This document shows, piece after piece, positions 20,121 through 29,038 of a stretch of 64,000 nucleotides of DNA. Location: NCBI GenBank assembly GCA_031367385.1, contig JANLPS010000117.1, positions 1 to 64,000 of the forward strand, given 5' to 3'. The notes below the pieces were generated by a model. It was not told the origin of the DNA. It did no database searches and was given only the letters and a program-made list of their open reading frames with translations. The stretch comes from Archangium sp. (GTDB lineage: Bacteria; Myxococcota; Myxococcia; Myxococcales; Myxococcaceae). The position numbers were made by a program, and so were the translations under genes. Numbering within the stretch: the stretch's first letter is position 1; each line of letters begins with the position of its first letter.

Positions 20121-21986
20121 ATGCCCCTCTGTCGCCTCGCGTTGATCGGTCTGGTGGCGGTCAGTACCTTCAGCGCGTGCCAGCGCGCAGATCTCGCCCG
20201 AACCTATCCCTCCATCTCCGTCACTCCCAGCACCCTCAACTTCGGAGAAGTCGCGGTCGGTCAATCGGCGGTCAACACGCTCACACTGTTCAACTCAGGC
20301 ACGACCGCGCTGCACGTGACCTCGGTGCAGTTGGTGGGCACCAACACAGGCGCGTTTCACCTGCTCAATGCTCCCGGCGCGAGCACGCTCGAGGCGGGCA
20401 CCTCGGCGACCCTTCGGGTCGAATATCGGCCGCTGGCGCAAGGCGCCGATGGAGCCTCGGTCGAGATCGAGAGCGACGCGACGAATTCGCCGACCGTGTT
20501 GGTCTCGTTGGCGGGTCAGTCGAGCCAACCGTGTCTCGGCTGCGGCCCCGACGCGGGTGCTGTCAACGATGCGGGCGCTCCACTCCGTGATGCTGGTGCA
20601 CCTTCGGCCGATTCGGGCACCTTCGACGCGGGAGCAATCGACGCCGGCGTCACCCTCGATACGGGCTTTCACCCGTTCTGTACCGGAGTGACCACGCCCA
20701 CCACCTGCACCCCAGGGCCGACCCTCGACGCTGGCCCGGTGACCTGGGCCTGCACGCAGCCGTTTCCGTGTCCTGACATCGCGCAGTGCCCGGTGCCGAC
20801 GCCCGGCCTGCAGTATTACGTCAACGCCGTGAGCGGCAATGACGCGAATGACGGCCGCTCTGCAGCGACGGCGTGGGCGAGCCTGTGCCATGCGTCAGAG
20901 GCGGTGCCGAACAACAGCACCGTCAACGTCGCCGAAGGCACCTACCCCGAGGGAGCGGTCGGCCTCGCCAAGTCGGTGACCTTCAAAGCCGGCTACAACT
21001 CGACCTTCACCGCGTGGAACCCGCAGCTCTACCGAGCACGCTTCGCCGGCCACCTGAGCATGAACAACCTCGAGGCGGTCTGGGCGGGTTTCACGATGAT
21101 GACCAGCGCGCCGATGACCCAATCTGCGCCATACCATTCGATCTCGGCTGGTTCTTTCATTCGCAACACCGTCGAGGTGACCTTCAACCCGACGCAGAGC
21201 AACAACTACGGCGTGCCGATAACGGTCAACCAGTGCGTGGGTTCGGTCGTTCGCCTGGCCTGCAATGACCTGCGCGGGTCGCTGGCAGACAGTATGACCA
21301 CCTCGAACGGCTTCGTGCTGCAGGGCATCATTTCTTCGCGAGCTCGGCTCACCATCGACTCGAACCGAATCTGCGACAATTCACAGAGTTGGATTCACAA
21401 CGCCGTTGCGCTCTACCCCGACTGCGCGACGGGCTCGTCGACCACGGTATTGACCAACAACGTGATCGAAGTGTCGAAGCTCTCGTCGTTCGGCACGGCC
21501 AGCAACATCGACGCCGTGACCGGCGGGGCGGGCGCCTGCGACAGCCCCGATGGCGGCATCGTGATCATCACCAACAACACCATCTTGGCCACGGGTGGAG
21601 GCGTGCGAACCACTGGCTTCAGGAACACGCTCATCAACAATGTGATCATTGGCCAGAACCTCGGCGTCGCGGTCGACCTTCGAAATCAGTCGTCCAACGG
21701 CATTCTCGAGCGAAGCGCCGGCAATCTGATCTTCGGGTTCGCGAACAGCGCCATCATGCCGCCTCCCGTGAGCACTGCAGGCGATGACGTGGGCGGTGCG
21801 TACACCGTGCGCACCGTCTTCGTCTCACCTGATGCGGGTAACTACGCGCCCCTGCTCTCGGGCCCGGCGGTGGGTCTGGGCGTCAATGTCTACGGCCAAC
21901 CCGCCTCTGGTGCGGTCACGTACGACGCGCGCTTCGCCGACCGACCCGACGCCGGCCCGTGGGACCGTGGAGCCATCGCGCACTGA
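20121..21986 (+). CDS. Lipoprotein: Ig-like (choice-of-anchor D/ASH) domain, DAG-rich linker, DUF1565/right-handed beta-helix
   Basis: TFSAC lipobox; PSTLNFGEV...TLTLFNSGT..L.V; YYVN...GND.NDG.S...AW; AEGTY; IITNNTI; C-terminal RP...WDRGA. Confidence 0.72.
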   Translation: MPLCRLALIGLVAVSTFSACQRADLARTYPSISVTPSTLNFGEVAVGQSAVNTLTLFNSGTTALHVTSVQLVGTNTGAFHLLNAPGASTLEAGTSATLRVEYRPLAQGADGASVEIESDATNSPTVLVSLAGQSSQPCLGCGPDAGAVNDAGAPLRDAGAPSADSGTFDAGAIDAGVTLDTGFHPFCTGVTTPTTCTPGPTLDAGPVTWACTQPFPCPDIAQCPVPTPGLQYYVNAVSGNDANDGRSAATAWASLCHASEAVPNNSTVNVAEGTYPEGAVGLAKSVTFKAGYNSTFTAWNPQLYRARFAGHLSMNNLEAVWAGFTMMTSAPMTQSAPYHSISAGSFIRNTVEVTFNPTQSNNYGVPITVNQCVGSVVRLACNDLRGSLADSMTTSNGFVLQGIISSRARLTIDSNRICDNSQSWIHNAVALYPDCATGSSTTVLTNNVIEVSKLSSFGTASNIDAVTGGAGACDSPDGGIVIITNNTILATGGGVRTTGFRNTLINNVIIGQNLGVAVDLRNQSSNGILERSAGNLIFGFANSAIMPPPVSTAGDDVGGAYTVRTVFVSPDAGNYAPLLSGPAVGLGVNVYGQPASGAVTYDARFADRPDAGPWDRGAIAH

Positions 21987-22028
21987 CGAAGGCATGAAAC
22001 TCCCACCGTGCTCGAAGCATAGTCACCC

Positions 22029-24035
22029 GTGAAACGCGCACTGCCCGCCCTCGCCGTGACGGTTGGCCTCGCCGTAGGCCTCGTCGTCGCGTGGCAATCT
22101 TCACGCGCGGGAGCCTCAGCAACCCCCGTGGCCGTGACCCAAGCCGAGCCGGTGGCCGAAAAGGCAGCGTCACTCGCGATTCTTCGAGGCAGCGGGCGGG
22201 TTCAGAAGGGCCTGGGCACGCTCGAGGTCGAGGTGCGTCGCGACGGCCACTCCGCGGCTGGAGTCGAAGTGCAGGTCTTTCAATTCGAGCGGGTCGATGG
22301 GGCCCCCACCGGCAGCTGGCACGACCCGACTCGCGCCGTCACTGACCAGGCCGGTGTCGCCCGCTTTCAGGTGCCCGCCAGCCGACACCTGATCGTCGCC
22401 AAGACGTCAAAACCACTCGTCAAACAGCACGATGTCGCCGGGGGCACCACGCCAGACCACGTGCTGCTCGAGGCCGGGCCCGAATCGCGCCTGACTGGCA
22501 CTACCAGCGACGCCGAGAGCAAGCAGCCACTCGGCGCGGTGACGCTGACCTGGCGCCCGCAGCTGCTCGCGCCGGCCCCTGACGCGGCAGTCATTCGCGT
22601 CGAGAGCGATTCGCTCGGGCGCTTCGCGCTCGACGTGCCCAAGGCCATCGCCGGTGAGCTCGAAGCCCGTGCGCCCGGGTACTCCGCCGCCGTCGCGTTG
22701 ACTGACAGCACCCCAGAAGACGGGCCCTATGCCCTTGCGCTCGAGCCGGCCAGCATCGCCGAGGGCGTGGTGGTGACCCAGGCCGGCGCGCCGGTCGCGG
22801 GAGCCTCGGTGCGCTCGCAGCCCTCTGACGGGCCGGCGGTGACGACCTCGCCGCGGGGCACCTTCATGCTGCAGATACCCGCTGGCGGCGTGACGCTCGA
22901 AGCGCTCACCTCGACCGGCCGACGGGCGTTGCTGCGCATCAACCACGCTCCAGCCCGAGAGACGGTTCGTGGCGTGAAGCTGGTGGTCGACGAAGGCCAT
23001 GACGTGCAAGGCAAAGTCATCGACGCCTCGTCGCAGCAACCGGTGGCCGGGGCCTCGGTGCACCTCTTCTCTGAGCCCGATGCGCTCGAAGTGGCGACCG
23101 GCGTCAGCGATGCGACGGGTCACTTTCACTTCGCCGCGATACCGACCGGGCGCTACTCGCTCTTCGCGCAGCTCGGGTTTGGAGCTCGCGGCCGCGCGGT
23201 TGGCCTCGAGCTGCCCTCGGCGACTGAGGTGGTCGTCTCGTTGACTCCCGCGGCGACGATTGCCGGCCGAATCACCGACCGTGAGGGCCAATCAGCCGTT
23301 GGCGTCGAGGTCACGCTCGAATTTCCAAAAGGGCTCAATGAGCCGGCGATGCGAACCCGCAGTGACGAGAACGGGGAGTTTCTCTTCGAGGGTGTGCTCA
23401 GCAGCATGGTGTACCTCAGCGCGACCTTGGGCACGCTGAGCACTGCGCTCGACGTGTACGCCGCGCAAGACCAGGTCACCCGCGCTGATCTGGCGTTCGA
23501 GCTGACCTCGCACATCACCGGCAAGGTCAAGAACGCGAAGACCAAGTACATCGTCGGCGCGTGGAAGGGTAATTCCGTCAAGGGTGCCCAAGCCGAGTCG
23601 GCGGCCGATGGCACCTTCAGCCTCGAGGTCACTCCGGGCACCTGGCACGTGGCGGCCTCGCCGATCGACAACCATGCCGGCGGCATGCGCTTCAATGAGA
23701 GGGTCGAGGTCACCGCTGGGCGAGACATCGAGATCGAGCTCGAACCTCCGACGGGCTTCACAGATGATGCTGGAGACTCCGAGACCGACTTCTTCACCGG
23801 CATCGCCGACGGCATCGCCTTCGACGCCGAAAATGGCTCGGTGAAGGTCGGGTTTCTCACCTCGGTGAGCCCGGCGTACAAGACCGGTCTGCGCAGTGGC
23901 GACCTCGTGGTGAGCATCAACGGGGCCCCGATTTCGACCACGCTCGACGCGTTCGCGAAGGCCAAGACCCCGCCCGCCGAGTACGTGATTCGCAGAGCAG
24001 GCACAGAATTCCGTTTCCGGGTTGCCCCGGAGTAG
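22029..24035 (+). CDS. Membrane-anchored protein with carboxypeptidase-regulatory-like (transthyretin-like) repeats and C-terminal PDZ
   Basis: N-terminal TM; repeated G.V.D..G.PV.GA.V....SD..G.F; SPAYKTGLRSGDLVVSING. Confidence 0.8.
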   Translation: MKRALPALAVTVGLAVGLVVAWQSSRAGASATPVAVTQAEPVAEKAASLAILRGSGRVQKGLGTLEVEVRRDGHSAAGVEVQVFQFERVDGAPTGSWHDPTRAVTDQAGVARFQVPASRHLIVAKTSKPLVKQHDVAGGTTPDHVLLEAGPESRLTGTTSDAESKQPLGAVTLTWRPQLLAPAPDAAVIRVESDSLGRFALDVPKAIAGELEARAPGYSAAVALTDSTPEDGPYALALEPASIAEGVVVTQAGAPVAGASVRSQPSDGPAVTTSPRGTFMLQIPAGGVTLEALTSTGRRALLRINHAPARETVRGVKLVVDEGHDVQGKVIDASSQQPVAGASVHLFSEPDALEVATGVSDATGHFHFAAIPTGRYSLFAQLGFGARGRAVGLELPSATEVVVSLTPAATIAGRITDREGQSAVGVEVTLEFPKGLNEPAMRTRSDENGEFLFEGVLSSMVYLSATLGTLSTALDVYAAQDQVTRADLAFELTSHITGKVKNAKTKYIVGAWKGNSVKGAQAESAADGTFSLEVTPGTWHVAASPIDNHAGGMRFNERVEVTAGRDIEIELEPPTGFTDDAGDSETDFFTGIADGIAFDAENGSVKVGFLTSVSPAYKTGLRSGDLVVSINGAPISTTLDAFAKAKTPPAEYVIRRAGTEFRFRVAPE

Positions 24036-24051
24036 CCAGACTGCGGCCACG

Positions 24052-25170
24052 ATGCCGCTGCCGCCGCGAAAGCCGCTCAAGAAAGGCAAAGGCCCCCTCG
24101 AAGTCACCGAGAGTCAGCGCTTGAACCGCAGCCGCGGGGCGTTGCTCGGCCTGGCGGTCGGCGAAGCGCTCGGCGTGCCGTTCGAGTTTCGAAACATCCC
24201 CGCGCCCGACTTCCCCACTCCCAGTGATGTGCCTCGCGACGCAACCGGAGGCGGCCGGCTCGAGCTCAAGCCCGGGCAGACGACCTGGGGTACCCAGATG
24301 GCCATCGTGCTGGCGAATTCGCTGCGCGCCAGCCGCGCGTACGAGCTGGTGCCGGTCGCCAAGGGGTACTTGGAGTGGTCGCAGTACGCCGTCGAGGTGC
24401 CAGAGATCGTCAAGCAGGCACTCGACCTGATCGCCGACAACCGCCACCCCGAAAACACCGGCTACCGGGTGTGGCTCGACAACGGGCAAAAGCCGAAAGA
24501 CAACGGGCCCCTGGCGCGCACGGTGCCGATTGGCGTGTTCTTCTCGAAAGACCGCATGGGCCGCTTCAACGCCACGGTCGAAGACGTGCACATCACGCAT
24601 TTCGCTCCGCAGGTGACGCTGGCGTGCCTCACCTTCAACGGCGTGATCGCGGCCGCGATTCAGGCGGGTGGCGACCGGCTGTCGAACGCCGACATCGTCA
24701 AGGTGGCCGAGACCGAGCTGTCATTCGCCGCCTCGGAGCTGGGCAAACGCGACAGCAACTGGGTGCAGATGGTCAGAGATTCGGCCGATTGGCTGCGCGA
24801 AGACCTGCGGTACGCCCAGGCGAGCGACCCCGAGCTCTACGGCCCCGAGCTGCACCTCTTTCACCCCAACCCGACCTGGGTGCGCATCGCGTTTCGCCTG
24901 GCCTTCTGGGAGCTCTTTCACGCACCCAGCTTCGAAGCGGGCATTCTCGACGTGGTGAATCGCGGAGGAGACGCCGACACCAACGCGGCGATCACCGGGG
25001 CGTTGATGGGCGCGGTCTACGGCGAGCGGGCGATACCGCAGATGTGGCAGGAGCAGGTGCTCGAGGCCCTCGGGCACATGGCAGGCATTCTGTGGGAGGC
25101 CTACCACCCGCGTTTCTTGCTGAACCTCGCGTCGATTCGGCCCGGCGACCCGGCGACGTACGACGAATGA
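24052..25170 (+). CDS. ADP-ribosylglycohydrolase (DraG/ARH) family protein, degenerate active site
   Basis: RGALLGLAVGEALG.PFEF, PGQTTWGT, NG.L.R..P, ITH, VNRGGDADTNAAITGALMGAVYG..AIP..W. Confidence 0.85.
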   Translation: MPLPPRKPLKKGKGPLEVTESQRLNRSRGALLGLAVGEALGVPFEFRNIPAPDFPTPSDVPRDATGGGRLELKPGQTTWGTQMAIVLANSLRASRAYELVPVAKGYLEWSQYAVEVPEIVKQALDLIADNRHPENTGYRVWLDNGQKPKDNGPLARTVPIGVFFSKDRMGRFNATVEDVHITHFAPQVTLACLTFNGVIAAAIQAGGDRLSNADIVKVAETELSFAASELGKRDSNWVQMVRDSADWLREDLRYAQASDPELYGPELHLFHPNPTWVRIAFRLAFWELFHAPSFEAGILDVVNRGGDADTNAAITGALMGAVYGERAIPQMWQEQVLEALGHMAGILWEAYHPRFLLNLASIRPGDPATYDE

Positions 25171-26684
25171 CGCCGCGGCGGTTCTGGGTGGCGGTGACCG
25201 CGGTGGTGCTGCTGGCGATGTCGCTGCAGCTGCCGTCACTCGCGATGGGCTTCGTGTGGGACGACCTCAATTCGTTCAGCGCTGACACCGACGCGCTGGG
25301 CTGCCTCTCGGGGCCTGGTGCGTGCTTCACCCACGCCGCGAGCGGGCATTATTACCGGCCGCTGTTCGGGGCTTCGATGATGGCCAGCTTTCACCTCTTC
25401 GGTGGAGCGCCCGGGCCGATGCACGCTGAGAACCTGGGGTGGTTTGCCCTCGAGCTGGCGTTGGTATTGGCGATCGCGCGTCGGGTGTTCGGTGCGGCCG
25501 ACCCTCGGGCGGTGCTGGCGTTGGCGATCGTCGCGCTGCACCCGATTCAGAATTCGGCGGTGACGTGGGTGACCGGCCGGGCAGACATGTTGCCCTTGGT
25601 TGCATTGCTGGCGACCACGCTGTTGTTGCTCGAGGAGCGGGTGTGGGTGTCGGTGGTGACGTTCGCGCTGGCGGTGTTCGCCAAGGAGCACGCTGCGGCG
25701 TTCGTCGTGGTCGTGCCGCTGCTGGCTCGAGGCAATCGGGGCAAGATCTTCGCCGCGTACGCAGCGGTGATCGCCGCGTGGGTGCTGGTGGCTCAGGCGC
25801 TGCTGCCAGCGACGGCGGTGGCGTCGTGGCCGGGCACCGCGGGCGAGCACGCGCGGGTGGTGATGAGAACGCTCGCGCACATGTTTCGAACGCTGTTCGC
25901 TCCGAGCAATGGCGCGCTGCATCGGTTGACCGCCTCGCACTGGGACACGCTCGAGGCTTGGGAAGTGGTGACGGCCTTGGTCGGGGTCTCTGCGTGGCTC
26001 GCGATTGGGTTCGCTGTACGTCGAAAGCCGATGCGGGTGTGGTGGGTGTGGGTGTCGGTGCTGCTCGTGCCGGTGATGAACGTGGTGCCGCTGGGGGTGG
26101 CGTTGTCGACGCATCGCTACGTGCTGGCGTTGTTTGGTCTGGCGATGCTCGTCGCTGAGAGCGTTGGGCAGCTTGCGGCGGGCCTTTCGACTCCGCTCAG
26201 GTCGAGCGGAGTTTGGGGCCTCGGCGGCCTGGTCGCGGCGGCGTTGGCGCTGGTCACCTTCGTTGATCAACCGGTGTGGGCGTCGAACGCGGAGCTGGGT
26301 GCGGCAGTGCTCGAGGCTGACCCAGAGAATGTCGAGTGGTTGCTCGCGGCGTCGAGCGTCGCGTGGGAGCAAGGTGATGAACGAGGGGCCCTCGCGATGC
26401 TCAACCGGGCCGTTGAGACCTATTTCCCCGGGGCGAAGTCGGGGGCCGAGCGCGTCGCGATGAAGAGCGGGCGGCCGGTGGCTGAGTTCAACTCATTGGG
26501 GCGAAGCGCAGACCCGGCGGCGTGGCTTGCCGGGCCGCTGTGCCTGCGGGGGCGGTCGTTGGCAGAGCTCGGGCAGTTCGACGCGGCGATTGACGATGTG
26601 ACGGCCTGCGTCGCCATCTTCCCGCAGCCCCAATGGGAGGCGCTGCGGGTGCGGCTGCTGCACGACGCTGGGCGGATGAGGTGA
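25167..26684 (+). CDS. Multi-pass membrane protein resembling TMTC-like GT-C glycosyltransferases, with C-terminal TPR-like helices
   Basis: ATG overlaps the upstream TGA; FVWDD, YYRPL, HP...AVTW..GR.D, AKE, RY motifs; many TM helices. Confidence 0.7.
   Translation: MTPRRFWVAVTAVVLLAMSLQLPSLAMGFVWDDLNSFSADTDALGCLSGPGACFTHAASGHYYRPLFGASMMASFHLFGGAPGPMHAENLGWFALELALVLAIARRVFGAADPRAVLALAIVALHPIQNSAVTWVTGRADMLPLVALLATTLLLLEERVWVSVVTFALAVFAKEHAAAFVVVVPLLARGNRGKIFAAYAAVIAAWVLVAQALLPATAVASWPGTAGEHARVVMRTLAHMFRTLFAPSNGALHRLTASHWDTLEAWEVVTALVGVSAWLAIGFAVRRKPMRVWWVWVSVLLVPVMNVVPLGVALSTHRYVLALFGLAMLVAESVGQLAAGLSTPLRSSGVWGLGGLVAAALALVTFVDQPVWASNAELGAAVLEADPENVEWLLAASSVAWEQGDERGALAMLNRAVETYFPGAKSGAERVAMKSGRPVAEFNSLGRSADPAAWLAGPLCLRGRSLAELGQFDAAIDDVTACVAIFPQPQWEALRVRLLHDAGRMR
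26183..26211 (+). repeat. REP-like element inside a CDS
   Basis: CCTTTCGACTCCGCTCAGGTCGAGCGGAG; internal CTCCGCTC/GAGCGGAG palindrome; reads LSTPLRSSG in frame. Confidence 0.55.
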
Positions 26685-26724
26685 CGAAGCCGTTCGTCCG
26701 AGGGACTCGAAGCACCCTCCTCCT

Positions 26725-27231
26725 TCAAGGCGTCGCTGGCGTCGTGGGCGTATTCGGCTGCTTCGGGGTCGGCGCGCGCGAGCCCTTCAAGGTCTCGCCC
26801 TGGTCTGTCACAATCGTCTCGACGGTCTGCTTCACCGGCCCCGTGCCAATCGAAAAGGTCGCGACCCGCTGCAACTTCGCGCCGTGAAACGTGCCGCTGA
26901 TCGAGACCGCCAGGTTCGACCGGCCCTCCCCCGGAGTCATCGGGATCACGAACGTCTCATTCTCACCCCGCCGTGAGATCTTCGGAGTGAACGCTGCGGG
27001 AGACCCCACCTCGAGCCCGTCGAGCCCCCACGCGCTGACCGCGAGATCGGTACCGTCTTCTTCGAGATGCATCGTCACCTTGGCCTGAGACGCAAACAGC
27101 TCAGCCTTCAAATCAACCGGAGCCGTGGGCTTGCCGTCAGTCGGCGCCGGGCTGGTGACCGTCACCGACGACGCCGTGCATGAAACCGCCGCAAAAGCCG
27201 AGATCACCAGCAACATTCGAAGAGTTCGCAT
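26725..27231 (-). CDS. Hypothetical lipoprotein
   Basis: MRTLRMLLVISAFAAVSC lipobox; beta-rich body; Pro/Thr tail. Confidence 0.65.
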   Translation of the reverse strand: MRTLRMLLVISAFAAVSCTASSVTVTSPAPTDGKPTAPVDLKAELFASQAKVTMHLEEDGTDLAVSAWGLDGLEVGSPAAFTPKISRRGENETFVIPMTPGEGRSNLAVSISGTFHGAKLQRVATFSIGTGPVKQTVETIVTDQGETLKGSRAPTPKQPNTPTTPATP

Positions 27232-27248
27232 TGAAGAGCCTTGCCCAA

Positions 27249-29006
27249 TCACTGAATGGTAATTGCAACGTCGTAATCTTGGTTCGTCTGGCCGTACCCG
27301 GTGAGCACCAGCACGTACGCCGCGTTCGTCGTCGTCGGTATCGTCACCGTTTCATGGCCCGACTGGGTCTTGTCAGAGGTGCCGACCGCCTTGCCGCGCT
27401 GATACACGGTGATCGCCACGTCTTCTGCCGAATTCGCATCGCAGGTGATCATGCCGCCCGTGCCCACGAACACGTAATACTGATTCTGCTGCCAGGTGTT
27501 TGGCAGGTTGCCGCCACCGAGCATGATCCCTCCGTTGAAGGGCAGCGTGAGCGCGCTGGTGAAGATGTCGGTGAGGTTTGTGTCATCACGGCCGAACTCA
27601 TTGCGAATCACGCCGATGTTTCGCTCGGCGAGCAGGGAGTCGATGTCGGCTGCCGTGACGTTGGGCTGGGCCTTCAGCGCGGTGATGAACGAGGCGATCG
27701 TCGTCACCGCGTCGGTGCTCTTTTCGCCGCCGACCATCGCGTCGTAGATCGGCCCCAGGCCAAGTGAGACCTTGTCGAACGGCTCAGCGGCGCTGGCCGG
27801 GTCATAGAGGTCGTACAAGACGCGCAACAGACTCGACTCCGAAAAGGCCGAGGGCGTCGGGTCATCGGTCGGCTGCGGCTCGGTCTCTGAGTCCCACCCG
27901 AAGCACTTGATGCCGGCCATGCCCCAGAGGCAGTCGAAGTAGACTGGGTCTTTGAGCACCATCGCCGACAGCGCGTTGCCCCACGCTTCACCGAATGCGA
28001 TGCGCGGGTCGAGAATGTCACCCGGGCCATGGCGGCCGCCGGGGCTGTCGGAGCGCGAGAGGTTCGCCTCGAAGAAGTGACCCCACTCGTGCGCGATGAC
28101 GTGGTTGTCGAACTCGTCGATGTCGGCGCCGGCCTTGCCGAGCACGTAGATCTCGTTCTCCGATGGGCTGTAGTGCGAGGTGCTGATCTGCCCGAGCTTC
28201 ACATCGCCGGCCTGCGGCGCGTTCTGCGAGCTCCAGTTCACCTTGAGCGGGGGGAAAACGGCGGCCGGGCGCACCGCGAGAAAGGCCTGCGTCGCGGTCA
28301 ACATCGTGTCGAGAACCGCGAACGGAGAGGCGTTGCGAGCGTTCTCGTCGAAGGCCGTGCCTGTCCACCCGTGGTTGGCGTGGAGGTTGAGCCCCGTCTT
28401 CACCATGCCGACCGGCACGTATACCGCGTAGGTCGCGCGGTTGTCGGTGTTGTCTTGCACCTGAATCGGCGGCGTCATGGTGCGCGCCAGCGCGTAGACC
28501 CGAACTTCGGCGGTGCCATTGGGCTTGTAGGTGACTGTATACGCGCCGTCAGCGTCAGTGACCGCGGTGCCGATGACCGCGGTGCCTTGAATGACTTGAA
28601 TCACCGCGTTGCGAACCGGCTTGGCCACCGGCTTCGCGAAGTTGAGCGTGCCGGTGGTCGACCCCGGGGTGAAGGTCGAGGGCACCGCGTCGTAAGTCAC
28701 CCGGCCCGACACCGTCGTGCCGCCGATGATCACGCCGCCGTCGGTCGTCGACACCACGCCGCCGTCTCCGCTCGTCATACCGCCGGTGCAGCTCGAGCCA
28801 CCGCAGGTCTGGGTACCACTGCAGACCTGGCAGCTGTTGGCCCCGCTGCCGCACGCGTTGTCGAGCGAGCCGATGTGGCACAGGCCCGCTGAGTCACAGC
28901 AGCCCGAACAATTCGCCGGGTTGCAGGCGCTCGAGCTGCACGAGCACCCACTGACGAGAACCGTGCCGAGGGTCGCGGCTATCACCATCACTCTGAGCAT
29001 GGGCAT
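27249..29006 (-). CDS. Lipoprotein zinc metalloprotease (HExxH) with Cys-rich N-terminus and PPC-like C-terminal domain
   Basis: VLVSGC lipobox; D.DEFD.HVIAHEWGHF; AFGEAWGN (third zinc ligand). Confidence 0.78.
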   Translation of the reverse strand: MPMLRVMVIAATLGTVLVSGCSCSSSACNPANCSGCCDSAGLCHIGSLDNACGSGANSCQVCSGTQTCGGSSCTGGMTSGDGGVVSTTDGGVIIGGTTVSGRVTYDAVPSTFTPGSTTGTLNFAKPVAKPVRNAVIQVIQGTAVIGTAVTDADGAYTVTYKPNGTAEVRVYALARTMTPPIQVQDNTDNRATYAVYVPVGMVKTGLNLHANHGWTGTAFDENARNASPFAVLDTMLTATQAFLAVRPAAVFPPLKVNWSSQNAPQAGDVKLGQISTSHYSPSENEIYVLGKAGADIDEFDNHVIAHEWGHFFEANLSRSDSPGGRHGPGDILDPRIAFGEAWGNALSAMVLKDPVYFDCLWGMAGIKCFGWDSETEPQPTDDPTPSAFSESSLLRVLYDLYDPASAAEPFDKVSLGLGPIYDAMVGGEKSTDAVTTIASFITALKAQPNVTAADIDSLLAERNIGVIRNEFGRDDTNLTDIFTSALTLPFNGGIMLGGGNLPNTWQQNQYYVFVGTGGMITCDANSAEDVAITVYQRGKAVGTSDKTQSGHETVTIPTTTNAAYVLVLTGYGQTNQDYDVAITIQ

Positions 29007-29038
29007 TGAATAGCCCGCCCAGAGTTCGCACTCAACGG

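Noticed and set aside
24375..25166. N-terminal extension of ORF 24375..26684
   Set aside because: Shadow frame of the ARH gene; the likely start is ATG 25167
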